From NCBI GenBank assembly GCA_045159875.1, contig CP067995.1:288001-352000 (forward strand): a DNA stretch of 64,000 bases. Direction: 5' to 3'. A program made the translations under genes and the position numbers. The notes under the pieces are model-generated. The model searched no databases, was not told the DNA's origin, and saw nothing but the letters and a program-made list of their open reading frames with translations. The stretch is from a cyanobacterium endosymbiont of Rhopalodia gibba (GTDB lineage: Bacteria > Cyanobacteriota > Cyanobacteriia > Cyanobacteriales > Microcystaceae). Positions 42,198 to 54,379 of this stretch are shown piece by piece; position 1 is the stretch's first letter, and every line of letters begins with the position of its first letter.

Positions 42198-42329
42198 GCT
42201 ACAGCGTTGTTTATTGTATTTATATTGTTGTTATTGACTCATAATAGCTGACAGAGTGCCTAAGCAACCGAGCTAAATTATCGAATCTAGTGACCAGAGC
42301 TACTCGCAAAGGTTCCAATGTCAGGGACT

Positions 42330-43055
42330 TTATCTGATATCTAATTTTTCTAAAACCCTTTGTTGAACCTGCTGATAGGCTGCTTCCACTCTTCCTAAGT
42401 CGTGCCGAAATCGATCTTTATCCAAAACTCTATCTCGGAGATTTTTTGTTTGTTGATCCCACAAACGACAGGTATCAGGACTAATTTCATCAGCTAGAAG
42501 GAGGTTTCCTTGAGGATCTAAACCAAATTCTAATTTGAAATCTACTAATGTAATCTGGCAACTAGCAAAAAACTCTGTCAAATATTGATTGATTCTCAAG
42601 GCTATTGACTGAAGTTTTTCAAGTTGTTTTGGGGAGGCTAATTCCAGTAGCAGTAGACGATCAAGGGTTAATAATGGATCTCCAAGTTCGTCGTTTTTTA
42701 AATAAAATTCCACCAGTGGAAAGGGTAAGATTTTACCTTCGATTAAGCCTGTTTGTCGGCACAGACTCCCCGCAGCAATATTTCTAACAACTACTTCAAT
42801 TGGGAAAATTTTGACAGCACGGATGTGCATTTCACGATGAGCAGGTTGATCAATAAAATGGGTAGCAATATCCTTAGATTCTAGCCATTTGAATAAAGCT
42901 GAGGAAATTTGACAGTTAATTTCTCCTTTTCCCTGTATAGTGCCTTTTTTTGAGGAATTAAAGGCTGTTACATCATCTTTGAATTGAGTAAGAAGAATTT
43001 CTGGATCATCGGTAGTATAAATAATCTTGGCTTTTCCTTCATAGAGCTTTTTCAT
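42330..43055 (-). CDS. purC: phosphoribosylaminoimidazole-succinocarboxamide synthase
   Basis: LYEGKAK, EVVVRNIAAGS, LVDFKLEFG, LADEISPDTCRLWD, DKDRFR. Confidence 0.99.
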   Translation of the reverse strand: MKKLYEGKAKIIYTTDDPEILLTQFKDDVTAFNSSKKGTIQGKGEINCQISSALFKWLESKDIATHFIDQPAHREMHIRAVKIFPIEVVVRNIAAGSLCRQTGLIEGKILPFPLVEFYLKNDELGDPLLTLDRLLLLELASPKQLEKLQSIALRINQYLTEFFASCQITLVDFKLEFGLDPQGNLLLADEISPDTCRLWDQQTKNLRDRVLDKDRFRHDLGRVEAAYQQVQQRVLEKLDIR

Positions 43056-43619
43056 TCGTTGTTTATCCTTATTAGTAGTCGGTGAGTCGTTCTAGGCTAT
43101 AGTATTTCAGTGTAAAGATTTCTCTTGATTCTGACTCAATACAGTTTATTTAAGTTTTGATTAAAGGTAGTTTTTTTGCTTATCATCTGTTACCAACTTC
43201 AATAATAGTTCCCCTATTGATGAAAGACTATAACTCTCTATTCTTAGTAAGTAGGCATTGATAAACACATTAGAGTCTACCTCACAAAAGTTATAAACGC
43301 TACACTTTAGTTCAGAAATGTTAAAAATAAATTCGATCATTGAGTGAACTATGGAAAGACAAGTAACTAGTATTTTAGAATTAACTCAAGTTTATTAATA
43401 GCTTTTAACTTTAGTAGTCGGAGAAACTATGTTCTATAAACTAGTTATAGATTTAAAAATATTATATATTTTTCAATGAAAATAAATAATACCAACACAG
43501 GTTTTTATTGAATAAAAATTAGTCGAACTTATAGTAACAAGTCATCAAAAATTACGCCTAAATACTAACAGATATTAAGACCTTACCCATTGATTATCTA
43601 TGTTTTAACTCACACAATA

Positions 43620-43812
43620 TAAATAATCTTTCGTTCTCCTAAAGAAAATTTGTTACAGAAAAATTAGTTTTTAATGCTAATCTGCGAGAATCTTCTCAAC
43701 AGGTTACCTATAGTCTTCGACTTGAAAAATACCAGTAAAATTTTCCCATAAAAAGCTTATCATCAGACAAAGACCTTTGGAAATAACTTGAATATAGTAA
43801 AAAAAAATAAAA
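43620..43812 (+). pseudogene. remnant of a small conserved cyanobacterial protein (LVFNANLQEFAQRV-type, DUF7219-like)
   Basis: Fragments LVFNANLRESSQQVTY..RLE, KAYHQ and DLWK*LEYSKK. Confidence 0.7.
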
Positions 43813-43858
43813 TTATGGACTATTGTTCATAATAGAGGGAATCTAGACGGTCATAATG

Positions 43859-43883
43859 ATAAGGTGGGCAATGCCCACCCCAC
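43859..43883. repeat. REP-like palindromic element GGTGGGCAATGCCCACC
   Basis: Perfect 8-bp arms, located just downstream of the ndhB stop. Confidence 0.7.
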
Positions 43884-43896
43884 CTGCTACCGGCAA

Positions 43897-45462
43897 TTAT
43901 TGGTGAGTTAAATTTGATGTAGTTTCAGGTTGAAAGATTTGGTTATGGATAGTGAACGATTGTAAAATTGGGGTGCTAGCCACCGAATTATCAATCAAAG
44001 TTAACAAAGGATTCGCTAAGATTCCAGCCAAAGAAGTGGCAATCATACTTAAAACTAACCCTACTTGTAGGGGACGCATCCCTGATAAATTCCAGCAGAT
44101 TTTGGGATAATTTTTTACGGCATCGGACATTTCTTGAGGTTCTTTCACCACCATCATTTTCACCACGCGAATGTAGTAATAGATAGAAATTACACTAGCA
44201 ACTAAAGCGAGGATAACTAACCCATAAAGTTCCGCTTGCCAACCTGCCCAGAAAATGTAAATTTTTCCAAAAAAGCCAGCTAACGGAGGAATTCCACCTA
44301 AGGAAAGTAAACAAATACTTAACCCTAAAGTTAGTAAGGGATCTTTTTGATAAAGCCCGGCATATTCGCTAATTTTATCAGTTCCAGTTCGTAGGGAAAA
44401 GAGAATAACTCCCGTAAATGCCCCCAAGTTCATGAATAGATAAACTAGCAAATAGAACAGCATGCTAGAGTATCCTTTATCCGTACCTGACACTAAGCCA
44501 ATCATGATAAAACCTGCTTGGCCAATGGAAGAATAAGCTAACATCCGCTTCATACTGGTTTGGGTTAAAGCTACCATATTTCCCAGTAACATACTAAGGA
44601 TAGCTAAGGCAGTAAAGATCAAATGCCATTGTTCTTCAACCACAGCAAAAGTAGTCACTAATAGACGAATCGCAAGGGCAAATCCTGCGGCTTTAGAACC
44701 TACAGAAAGAAAGGCGACAACGGGAGTGGGAGAACCTTCATAAACATCGGGAGTCCATTGATGAAAAGGAACGGCAGAAATTTTAAAGGCAATTCCGGCA
44801 ATGACGAAGACTAAAGCAATGATTATCCCTAAAGACTGTTCTCCGCTGACATTGGTAATGTTAGTAGCAATCGCATTGAGGTTAGTTTCTCCTCCGGATA
44901 AACCATAAAGAAGAGAAAGCCCATACAGAAAAATAGCTGAACTAGAAGCCCCAATTAAAAAGTATTTCAAAGCGGCTTCATTGGAACGAGGGTCTCGTTT
45001 CATGTACCCGGCCATTACATAAGAGGAGATACTTAACATTTCTAGGGAAATAAAAATCATCACCAACTCATTAGCCCCACATAAAAACATTCCTCCTAGG
45101 GTAGAGGTTAACATGATGACGATAAATTCAGCCAAAGATGTCTTTGTTTGTTCTACGTAACGAACTGACATCAGAACAGTTACTAAAGTAGACAGGGCAA
45201 TAATAGCCCGAAAAACAATACTGAGGTTATCTCCGTTAAATGACCCTAAAAAACTTATGGGAGTAGCAGTGTCCCAAACCAAACAAAGGGTGATAAGCGA
45301 AGTAAATAACCCAACCATGGCAGCATATGGTAGCCAGGTCCTCGAACTACGACCAAAAATGAGATCTCCTACTAAAATAAAGAGGAGAGTAATGATAACA
45401 ATTCCTTCTGGCAGAATTGTTTCGGCATTAAGTTGACTGGCAATGTTACTAGAAAAATCCAT
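43897..45462 (-). CDS. ndhB: NAD(P)H-quinone oxidoreductase subunit 2 (NdhB/NuoN)
   Basis: [69 protein letters not shown] at 45462. Confidence 0.98.
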   Translation of the reverse strand: MDFSSNIASQLNAETILPEGIVIITLLFILVGDLIFGRSSRTWLPYAAMVGLFTSLITLCLVWDTATPISFLGSFNGDNLSIVFRAIIALSTLVTVLMSVRYVEQTKTSLAEFIVIMLTSTLGGMFLCGANELVMIFISLEMLSISSYVMAGYMKRDPRSNEAALKYFLIGASSSAIFLYGLSLLYGLSGGETNLNAIATNITNVSGEQSLGIIIALVFVIAGIAFKISAVPFHQWTPDVYEGSPTPVVAFLSVGSKAAGFALAIRLLVTTFAVVEEQWHLIFTALAILSMLLGNMVALTQTSMKRMLAYSSIGQAGFIMIGLVSGTDKGYSSMLFYLLVYLFMNLGAFTGVILFSLRTGTDKISEYAGLYQKDPLLTLGLSICLLSLGGIPPLAGFFGKIYIFWAGWQAELYGLVILALVASVISIYYYIRVVKMMVVKEPQEMSDAVKNYPKICWNLSGMRPLQVGLVLSMIATSLAGILANPLLTLIDNSVASTPILQSFTIHNQIFQPETTSNLTHQ

Positions 45463-47244
45463 AGATTTATGGTGAGAAAAAAACACCTAAGAGTTAGGCT
45501 TAAGGAACTATCCGGCCATTCGCTCCGGCCTCATCCCTTTGGATCATAATGGACAGAGGGAATTTCGGGCTAGTCTTTAAGGTTGCGTTCACCTTCAGTG
45601 CGCCTTGAGAGATCGCACTTTTGCGTAAATCTTGAACTGATGTGCTATTATTTCTGATTTTTAATCAAAAATAAAATAATGGTAACGCCATTACATTCAA
45701 GTGATTTACCGAAAATTTTTAATTCAGTCGTTTTACAATTTTACTCTCCTAGATTGAGGGTAATATAGTTAATGAGAAAAATGCCCGGTTAATCAAACTT
45801 TTCTTCTAAGATTATCAAAGTTAGTTTAGCTATAAGCTTGTCTTATAATTAACTTAATCTTCTGATTTATCTTTCCTAGTATTCATTGGGATAGCAAATA
45901 TTAAAAATAAGCTATAATTTTGGTAATTAATTTACTTAAATATCTCAATAACTCTTTAAAAAATATTAATAATATATTTCTGTCTATTGTCAATATTTAT
46001 TGTGCAATATTCTAGACTAGAAATACATTCTATACCCTACTTTTTGTCGAAAAACTTCTTTTAGAAAGTTATTTTTTTTATTTGTCAATATATTTTTATC
46101 TTACCAAGGTAAATATTAGTCTTGGTTCCACTTATAACCTTTTATATTTTTTATATTATAAGTCTTTCTCCTGATAATTTTAAAAACTTTATTTAGCTGG
46201 ATGAGACTTCATTAATCTATTCCATAATAGAAAAATTTTTTTTATAAAAAAAAAGCATAAGTATTAAAAAGTATTTATTTATTAAAAATTAATAAATAAA
46301 ATCAACGTAAATAATTTTATATAATTTGCTAGTTTTTCACTCAAATTTTATAAATAAATCGAATCTTTCTTTCTTGAACAAGATGAGTAAGTTGATTAAC
46401 TTATAACTTTTTTATTTTCTGAGATTTTAAATAAATTCGATACTATCTTTTCAAGCAGTGTCTTTAGCATTAGTTTCTAAGACTACCCAAATTATTTTTA
46501 AGGCTAGTTATTCTATATACAATATTCTTTTTTTTAAAAAAATGGTTATTTACTGAACGCTTTATGGTATTGAGTATATCTAAACTAACAGCTATTTATT
46601 TAAAAAATACTTAGTAATTACTTAAGAGAATATCTCTCACTCTATACGAGCAATTGAAATTAACTTCATTGGTGAAACTATTGAGTGCTATTAAGATCAA
46701 TTTTTAACTGTTAAAATGATAATTAGCCACTTTTATACTTTCAATGTCAATAAAATTAAGTAATAAATTAGATTGCATATTAAATAAAAAAAAATTTATT
46801 TAATTTTTACTATTTTAGATAAAAAAATAACTTTTACTTATCTATAAATAGAAGCATTTAATGCATTAATATACGACAAACAATTGAAACTTACATTATT
46901 GTCTTCTGCTATACTACACTTAATTCAGAAAAAAATTTTTTTTTTACTATACAGTAAAGTTTTCAATTAAGTTTAATTAAATCTTCAGAGTTATAGAATA
47001 CAGTCAGAATAAAGACTTGGAAGTTTATTGCCTCCTGATTTTTTATGCTTAGTCTAGAATAGCTATTACCATTATAATTAATACTTTTAATATCAAATAC
47101 TTCAAATAGTAGAGATGAAGTATTTGATATTAAACATTCACTCTGTACACTAGATTTATCAGATAACAATTAAAAATCATAAGCTAACAGTCGTAGGTAA
47201 TGAGTTATCCTGAATAAAGTAAGGTTACGAAAAACGAAAGTGTG

Positions 47245-48294
47245 ATGGACAGAGTTCTGGTTGGTTTGTCAGGGGGTGTTGATAGTTCTGTTGCGGCTGC
47301 TAGTCTTCAGCATCAAGGTTATGAAGTTATTGGGCTAACCCTATGGTTAATGAAAGGAAAAGGACAATGTTGTTCAGAGGGAATGGTGGATGCAGCTTTG
47401 ATTTGCGAACAGTTGAGTATTCCCCACCATATTGTTGATAGTCGTGACGTATTTCAAGCTAATATTGTTGATTATTTAGTATCAGGTTATGAGTCAGGGA
47501 TAACGCCTCTTCCCTGTTCCCAATGTAATAAGTTGGTCAAATTTGGACCAATGTTAGAGTATGCCAAACAGAAATTAGAGTGTAATCGCATCGCCACGGG
47601 TCATTATGCACGTATTCGCTACGATGAAATTAATCAACGTTATCAATTATTACGAGCAGTTGATTGTAATAAAGATCAGTCTTATTTTCTCTATGATCTT
47701 TCCCAAGAAATGTTAGCGGGAACTCTTTTTCCTTTGGGAAATCAAACCAAGGAAGAAACCAGAAAGATTGCTAATGAATTCAATTTGAAAACCGCAAGTA
47801 AATCTGAAAGTCAGGATTTATGTTTAATTGAGACTTATGGATCTATGAAAACTTTTCTAGATCAACATATTACTCAAAAAGAGGGAGATATTGTTAGTCT
47901 CGACGGCAAAGTATTAGGAAAACATCAAGGAGTTCATCACTATACTGTTGGACAACGTAAGGGCTTAGGAATTGCGGCAGCTGAGCCATTATATGTCATA
48001 AAACTCGATCCCGTAATGAATCGAGTTATTGTTGCTAATCGTGGACAGGCAGGAGCTTCTGGCTGTACTGTAAATAGAATGAATTGGATTTCAATTCCCG
48101 AACCTTCTTCTCCTATTCAGGTAGAAACTCAAATTCGCTATCGTTCTTCTGCAGTTCCAGTTGATGTTATTCCATTGGATAATCATCGTATTAAATTAGC
48201 TTTTTATGATCATCAATTTGGGATTACTCCAGGTCAAGCCGCAGTTTTATATGATGGAGAAATTGTATTAGGAGGTGGTATTATTGAAAGATGA
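47245..48294 (+). CDS. mnmA: tRNA 2-thiouridylase
   Basis: [42 protein letters not shown]. Confidence 0.98.
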   Translation: MDRVLVGLSGGVDSSVAAASLQHQGYEVIGLTLWLMKGKGQCCSEGMVDAALICEQLSIPHHIVDSRDVFQANIVDYLVSGYESGITPLPCSQCNKLVKFGPMLEYAKQKLECNRIATGHYARIRYDEINQRYQLLRAVDCNKDQSYFLYDLSQEMLAGTLFPLGNQTKEETRKIANEFNLKTASKSESQDLCLIETYGSMKTFLDQHITQKEGDIVSLDGKVLGKHQGVHHYTVGQRKGLGIAAAEPLYVIKLDPVMNRVIVANRGQAGASGCTVNRMNWISIPEPSSPIQVETQIRYRSSAVPVDVIPLDNHRIKLAFYDHQFGITPGQAAVLYDGEIVLGGGIIER

Positions 48295-49670
48295 AAGTTT
48301 ATTTTTGTATTAACAGTGTATTAGAAATAAGGTTAAATGTCATCTATCGAAGAGGGTTAAAACTAATTTTGAGTATTCTCCAAACATAAGGATGTGTGGT
48401 GTTATTTTTTACGAACTAATCAGTATTAATATTTAAGTAGTACCTTAAATCTAGCTAAATATTTGTTTTTACATCTTTTTTTAAAGACAACTGTTCAGCC
48501 TATGGGAGTTTTTAAGTATACAGAGTGATTTTACTGATATCCCTAGAAAAGGAAGATCGCAAGATTTAGATTAATAGATGCGAAAAGGTACTTTGAACCA
48601 ACCTTCTTAAGGGTTTTAGATAGTAATTAACTTCAATTATTCTAGCTTTTCTAGACTAGCTATGACAACATCATAACAAACAAAAACTTAATCTTGATAA
48701 GAATCGAGTTTATGGAATTTATAGAATTTAATCAAAATAAAAATTCTGAAACTTATTAGCTATTAATTTAGTATACGTTAGTCTAAAAGATCCCTTATTT
48801 TTTTGTTAATTTTCTTAAAAAAAAACTTAACTGATGCTTGTTTAAGCAACACTTAAAGAATAAATTCTCTATGGTTAGTAAGATTAGCAAAAAAGTTACG
48901 GAAAATTGCAGAATAATAAAGAAAAATACAATTTTTTACGTCAGGTTTAATGTCGCTTTTAGCATTATTGGGCTTATTAGTTTTCAAATTTTATTAACTT
49001 AAGCTAGTACGGTCAATGTAGTCGGTGCTGGTACGGTAAGTTTGACGACTAATAAACCCAATAAGTCTCTGCTATTAGTTGAACAGTAATTATATAAACA
49101 GAAAATACACTTAACAATCAGCAAGTTACTTGTGAACAATCAATCGGAAATAATATTTTTGATCTAAACTCTTGTCGAAATCAATTAGAATGTATTAGTA
49201 TAAAATTAAGTAGATAAATTTCAATAAGTGTCAAATATAAAAGTAGTTAAAATAGATTAATTAATAGATGTTAGTTTACTTAAAAAGTAAGCCTACTTAT
49301 TATTATAAAAATAATAAATGGATTAGAAATCTTTCCATTTTCCTGGCTATTGTTTATTTAAAAAGCCGCTTTCTTAGACTTTTTTTAAAAATTTTATGTC
49401 TTTTTAAGAGACTATAAACTCAATATTTCAAAAATATATTGACCGTTCCCTTTTATATAGTAGTCTTAAGAAAGATTAAGATATTACCCTAACCTAGGTA
49501 ATGTTCACTCTACAAAGCTTTGATAAGCCTATCAATGTTCTTAACACAATACAGATTGTACGTTACGCTATGCTACAGTTTATCTGTGTTGGACGCCAAA
49601 AAGCATTAATTACTTTTTTTATATTCTTAGCTAGAACGCATTTAACAATAAATTTTAGCTCACCTCTTAT

Positions 49671-49991
49671 TTATTCTGGGGTTGCTGATTCAAGAAGAAA
49701 ATACTCACCATTTTTCTTGAAAACAAGAATGCGATCACCTCGATCAATTGATGTCCCTGGATGATGAAATCTCAATTTTGTATTATCCTCAAGCTTTACA
49801 AATAAAACACTGCCATAAGGACCTGAAATAATTCCAACAATGGTTCCTGATTGATAGGCACTATTGTACCCTAAATTTTGACTAGCAGCTCTCTCTTCTA
49901 AATTTGATTGGCGAACAGTTTGAGCATTAGCTATAGTAATCACACAAACCAGAGCCATCATGCTCATCAATATATTAAAAATTCTCTTCAT
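49671..49991 (-). CDS. hypothetical exported protein (106 aa)
   Basis: GAGGGA ribosome-binding site before ATG 49991; Sec signal MKRIFNILMSMMALVCVITIANA; beta-rich C-terminus. Confidence 0.6.
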   Translation of the reverse strand: MKRIFNILMSMMALVCVITIANAQTVRQSNLEERAASQNLGYNSAYQSGTIVGIISGPYGSVLFVKLEDNTKLRFHHPGTSIDRGDRILVFKKNGEYFLLESATPE

Positions 49992-50181
49992 GGTAATTCC
50001 CTCTAAATAGGAGAAACGCCCCTTTGCTTCTCTTTCTTCAACTTTAGAAGGATTTTTTATCTCATACCATAAAGATAAAATTATAACTACCAAATATGAC
50101 AATAAACAACAACTGTAAAAAAATAGTTGTTAAAAAAATTTAAATTAATAGAGATTAGTTTGAATCTCAATCAAACAACTA

Positions 50182-51048
50182 TTAATTATTAACTATTTTA
50201 GACATCCATTGACGAGTTCCAAAATACTGACAAGCAATGGAGGCAACTTGAGAAGCTTTTGCTATAGAATCCTTGAAATTATGTTTTAGAATAAAATGAC
50301 AAAAAGCTCCATGAAAAATGTCTCCAGCTCCTAATGTATCAACAGCTTTTATTCTTGAAACTTCAACATTTCCCGACTCTTCTTTAGTCCAATATTGAAC
50401 TGGATCTGCTCCTTTAGTAATAGCAATATGAGGAATTCTAATACCTTTCAAATAATGAAATACATCGATAGAATTAAAACAATTAGGGGGATAAAAATTT
50501 TCAGAGCAAATTGCATAATCTACGTAAGGAAGAACCTTGGTTAATCCAGGTTTCCAGCTTCCTCCATCCAAAATAACGGGAATCTTTAAGCGTTGCGCTT
50601 CTTTGGCAATTATGATACTTGTAGGTATTTGATGCCCATCTACTAGAATAATATCAACATCCTGTAATTTTTTTAAAAAAAGTCCATTATTGACAATTGC
50701 TTTAGATTTGGTAGCATTTATTGAAACAACAGCTCGTTCTCCTGTCGTTTTATTAACAATAATTGAAGAAGTAGATAAAGCTTTTTGTTGATAAGGATTT
50801 AAATCAAAAATATTGATTGAATAATCCTTTAATTCAGCATAGATTAATTGACTAATGGGATGATTCCCAATCACACTTAATAAGGTTGCTTGATTACCAA
50901 AATATCTAAAAGTGATAGCCGCATTCGTTGCCGGTCCACCCGCAGAAATTGTTTCATCAATGGCTACAATTTTCTCATTACTGTGGGGAAAGTGATCGGT
51001 AAGATAGATTAAGTCTAGCGTTGTTAAACCGATAAATAATCCATTCAT
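50182..51048 (-). CDS. PfkB-family sugar kinase
   Basis: IGLTTLD, AGGPATNAA, ILDGGSWK, VDTLGAGDIFHGAF. Confidence 0.93.
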   Translation of the reverse strand: MNGLFIGLTTLDLIYLTDHFPHSNEKIVAIDETISAGGPATNAAITFRYFGNQATLLSVIGNHPISQLIYAELKDYSINIFDLNPYQQKALSTSSIIVNKTTGERAVVSINATKSKAIVNNGLFLKKLQDVDIILVDGHQIPTSIIIAKEAQRLKIPVILDGGSWKPGLTKVLPYVDYAICSENFYPPNCFNSIDVFHYLKGIRIPHIAITKGADPVQYWTKEESGNVEVSRIKAVDTLGAGDIFHGAFCHFILKHNFKDSIAKASQVASIACQYFGTRQWMSKIVNN

Positions 51049-51059
51049 GAGTCGTAAAA

Positions 51060-51923
51060 ATGAGCAATGAAATCATACAAACAGGAACCCTTTATGTTGT
51101 CGGAACTCCCATCGGCAATTTGGAAGATATGACTCTAAGGGCGATCCGTATTCTAAAATCAGTAAATTTGATCGCCGCAGAAGATACCCGTCACACGGGA
51201 AAACTTCTACATTACTTCCAAGTTAACACTCCTCAGATAAGTTATCATCAACATAATCGATTGTCTCGTCAAGATGAGTTAATTAGCTATCTACAATGCG
51301 GAAAAACTATTGCTTTAGTCACTGATGCAGGAATGCCAGGTATTTCTGATCCAGGGTATGAATTAATTAAAGCTTGTATTGATAAAAATATCGCTACTAT
51401 TCCGATTTCTGGAGCAAATGCTGCCATCATAGCCCTATCTGTTTCGGGTCTACCTACGGATCGTTTTGTTTTTGAAGGGTTTCTTTCCACGAAAAGCAAA
51501 ATTAGGGGTGAGCGTTTAACGTTTTTAAAAACGGAAACTCGTACCCTGATTTTTTACGAGTCCCCCCATCGTCTATTACAAACTTTAACCGATTTAGGGG
51601 CAGTTTTTGGAGAAAATCGTTTAATCACAGTAGCTAGAGAATTAACGAAATTATATGAGGAACTATGGCGAGGAACCCTAGGAGAAGCAATCAATCGTTT
51701 TCGAGATTCACGACACCTCAAAGGAGAATTTACTCTGATTATAGCAGGGTGTCAGGCAGACTTTAAATTAAGATTAACAGAAGAACAATTAAAGAAAGAG
51801 TTAAGACAATTGTTGGACGTAGGAATGACGCGATCACAAGCGAGTCGTCATCTGGCAGAATTAACCTCTTTTAACCGTCATAAAATTTATGAGTTATCTT
51901 TAGAGATTAATAATCATAGTTAA
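51060..51923 (+). CDS. rsmI: 16S rRNA C1402 2'-O-methyltransferase
   Basis: LYVVGTPIGNLEDMT, AAEDTRHT, DAGMPGISDPG, FYESPHR, ARELTKLYEE. Confidence 0.98.
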   Translation: MSNEIIQTGTLYVVGTPIGNLEDMTLRAIRILKSVNLIAAEDTRHTGKLLHYFQVNTPQISYHQHNRLSRQDELISYLQCGKTIALVTDAGMPGISDPGYELIKACIDKNIATIPISGANAAIIALSVSGLPTDRFVFEGFLSTKSKIRGERLTFLKTETRTLIFYESPHRLLQTLTDLGAVFGENRLITVARELTKLYEELWRGTLGEAINRFRDSRHLKGEFTLIIAGCQADFKLRLTEEQLKKELRQLLDVGMTRSQASRHLAELTSFNRHKIYELSLEINNHS

Positions 51924-52002
51924 TATTAAAATATTCTAAATAATAGATATTACTTATTTAGAAAAATTATTATTTTTAGTTTTAAACTTTGAAGTATTTA
52001 TA

Positions 52003-52465
52003 ATGACGCTTTTCATGTATCAAGCTGGTTTATTTCGATAATTTACAGTCTTAATAACTTGGTAAATTTTTTGAGACTATGGAGAAGCCTATGCTAAAGT
52101 TTAAAAATTAACTGGCAGTTTTAATTAGTAATTGTCTATGAATATTGCCAGAAAAGGAATAGTAAGACCTGCGGAGGGAAAAACACCCACAACAGAGGAC
52201 AACTAGACAACTTTTCCAGAGTTGATTGCGCAAATTTAAGATACAATTACTGATCTCACCACCTTTACCCCTAAACAGATTGACTATACAAAAAATAAAT
52301 ATATTGATCTATTGGGGAAAAACTTTGACTTTTAATGAGCAATAATTTTCTCTTCACTTTATTATGCCTAATATTTACTTTCACATTATAATCGCTTATT
52401 ATATTTTTCTTCATTGCGGTATATAAATTGGTAAACGTGATTATCTCAGTTACTCTCAGAATTTG
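52003..52465 (+). pseudogene. DUF1993 family protein pseudogene
   Basis: MTLFMYQA, EDN*TTFPELIAQI*DTI..L.TFTPKQID, LHFIMPNIYFHIIIAY.I..HCGI*IGKRDYL. Confidence 0.88.
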
Positions 52466-52864
52466 TAATAATTATGGTAGTGCGGGCATTATTCATTTAG
52501 TTTAAGGTAAAGATTTAGTTTTTTAAGTAAAAAGTAAATCTTTGTTCGAATATTATTTGATGATAATTAAAGATACAATTTTTTTTAAAAAAAAGTAGGA
52601 TAAGATTTATTGGCTTCTCCTATATATTTATTTATGGTGAACTCGATTAGTCAATAGCTATCTTTTAATTGGTAAATTAATATTATAAATTGAGTTTTCA
52701 ATCACAATAGTTATTAAGTTTAAGATAGTTCTATAACCTTCATAGTTATTCATAGTTATACTTGTACTTCGCAGAAATAATTAAAATTTAAATATTACAG
52801 ATTAGTCGCAAGTAAAAGGCTGATTTTTTCTATCATTTTTTAGGTAATAATGTTATTATTGCCA

Positions 52865-52895
52865 TTTTATTCGATTTTTTAAAAATCGAATAAAA
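52865..52895. repeat. 31-bp perfect palindrome
   Basis: TTTTATTCGATTTTT-T-AAAAATCGAATAAAA. Confidence 0.85.
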
Positions 52896-53327
52896 GCTAT
52901 TTATAAGAAAATAAAGTTAGTGCAACTATCCAATTTTAAATAAACAGGTTAAGTTATCATTCAATAATAAAAAAATTGGAGATAGTTAGGAGATAAAATA
53001 GATTACATTATCCATCGGACTCTTCTTTGGTATTTAAGATTTAATACATATATTTTTTTAAAAAAATTAAGGAATAATACTAAAAATTTTATTTTTTTTC
53101 CCATAATAGTAATTTGACAAAACTTGTAAACAATAATAGAATTTAGTAATATAAACTAAGTTAATTTTAAAAATTACTGCTTTTAAATTAAAGAGTTTAG
53201 TTGTCTTTTAAAATTAATCTTTATGGTTAACTACCTCAATGTTAATTCTTAACTCCCAAAAATCACTAGAAATCGTGTATAATGACTATTTTGGAGTAAA
53301 TGTGCATTTTAGGAGAACATCTGTTCT

Positions 53328-53936
53328 ATGTCTCGTTATAGAGGGCCTCGCTTAAGAGTTGTACGGCGACTAGGAGAACTCCCTGGTTTAAGTCGCAAAA
53401 ACCCCCGTCGTGCTTATCCCCCAGGACAACACGGACAGGCACGTAGAAAGCGTTCAGAATACGCTATTCGTCTCGAGGAAAAACAAAAACTGCGCTTTAA
53501 CTATGGCGTAACAGAAGGTCAGCTAGTACGCTATGTGAAAAAAGCTCGTAAAGCCACAGGTTCTACAGGTCAAAAACTTCTGGAATTGCTAGAAATGCGC
53601 CTTGATAATACAGTGTTTCGCTTAGGGATGGCGGGAACAATTCCAGGAGCCCGTCAGTTAGTCTCTCACGGTCATGTTACCGTTAATGGCCAAGTTGTTG
53701 ATATTGCTAGTTATCAGTGCCGTCCCGGGGAAGTAATCTCAGTTCGTAATCAGGATCGTTCTCGTCGCTTAGTGGCAGCGAATATGGAATACCCTGGTCT
53801 GGCTAACCTTCCAAGTCATTTAGATTTTGATAAAAATACTTTGACAGGAAAAGTTAATGGAATTATTGAACGGGAATGGATAGCTTTACAAATTAATGAA
53901 TTGTTAGTAGTTGAGTATTATTCTCGGAAAGCTTAG
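53328..53936 (+). CDS. rpsD: 30S ribosomal protein S4
   Basis: [40 protein letters not shown] ribosome-binding site. Confidence 0.99.
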   Translation: MSRYRGPRLRVVRRLGELPGLSRKNPRRAYPPGQHGQARRKRSEYAIRLEEKQKLRFNYGVTEGQLVRYVKKARKATGSTGQKLLELLEMRLDNTVFRLGMAGTIPGARQLVSHGHVTVNGQVVDIASYQCRPGEVISVRNQDRSRRLVAANMEYPGLANLPSHLDFDKNTLTGKVNGIIEREWIALQINELLVVEYYSRKA

Positions 53937-53942
53937 AAAAGT

Positions 53943-53969
53943 ATTGGATAACTTCAATAGTTGTCCAAT
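53943..53969 (+). terminator. hairpin after rpsD
   Basis: ATTGGATAACT-tcaat-AGTTGTCCAAT followed by TTCTT. Confidence 0.6.
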
Positions 53970-54379
53970 TTCTTCATGAACTTCGATTATTTAACTTTAC
54001 TTAAAAATTTTAAGAATAAATATAAAATCTTTGAGTTCTATCAAAGTTTCTCTCCGATAATAAAGTCTTCTTTACACTTATTTACAGGGTTTCAGGAATT
54101 TGATGTGTTTCATGATACAGTGACGGTATAATCGGGGATGTAACTAAATTTCTCAAGAGTACCTTGATGACCTTAGGAATTGTATAGAGTCATTCTCAGA
54201 AACTAGAATAAAACTCAATTACGAGACAATTCGTTTTTATTTAACACTTATTTAACGAAATTAAAAACTTGTGTAGCTCAGGGAAATTAATCCCCCATTT
54301 CATTAACACAATCCCTTTTAAAATCTACTTAGGAATTAAGAGAGTGTAATCACAAATCAATTTTTGTTACTTGGTCAGT

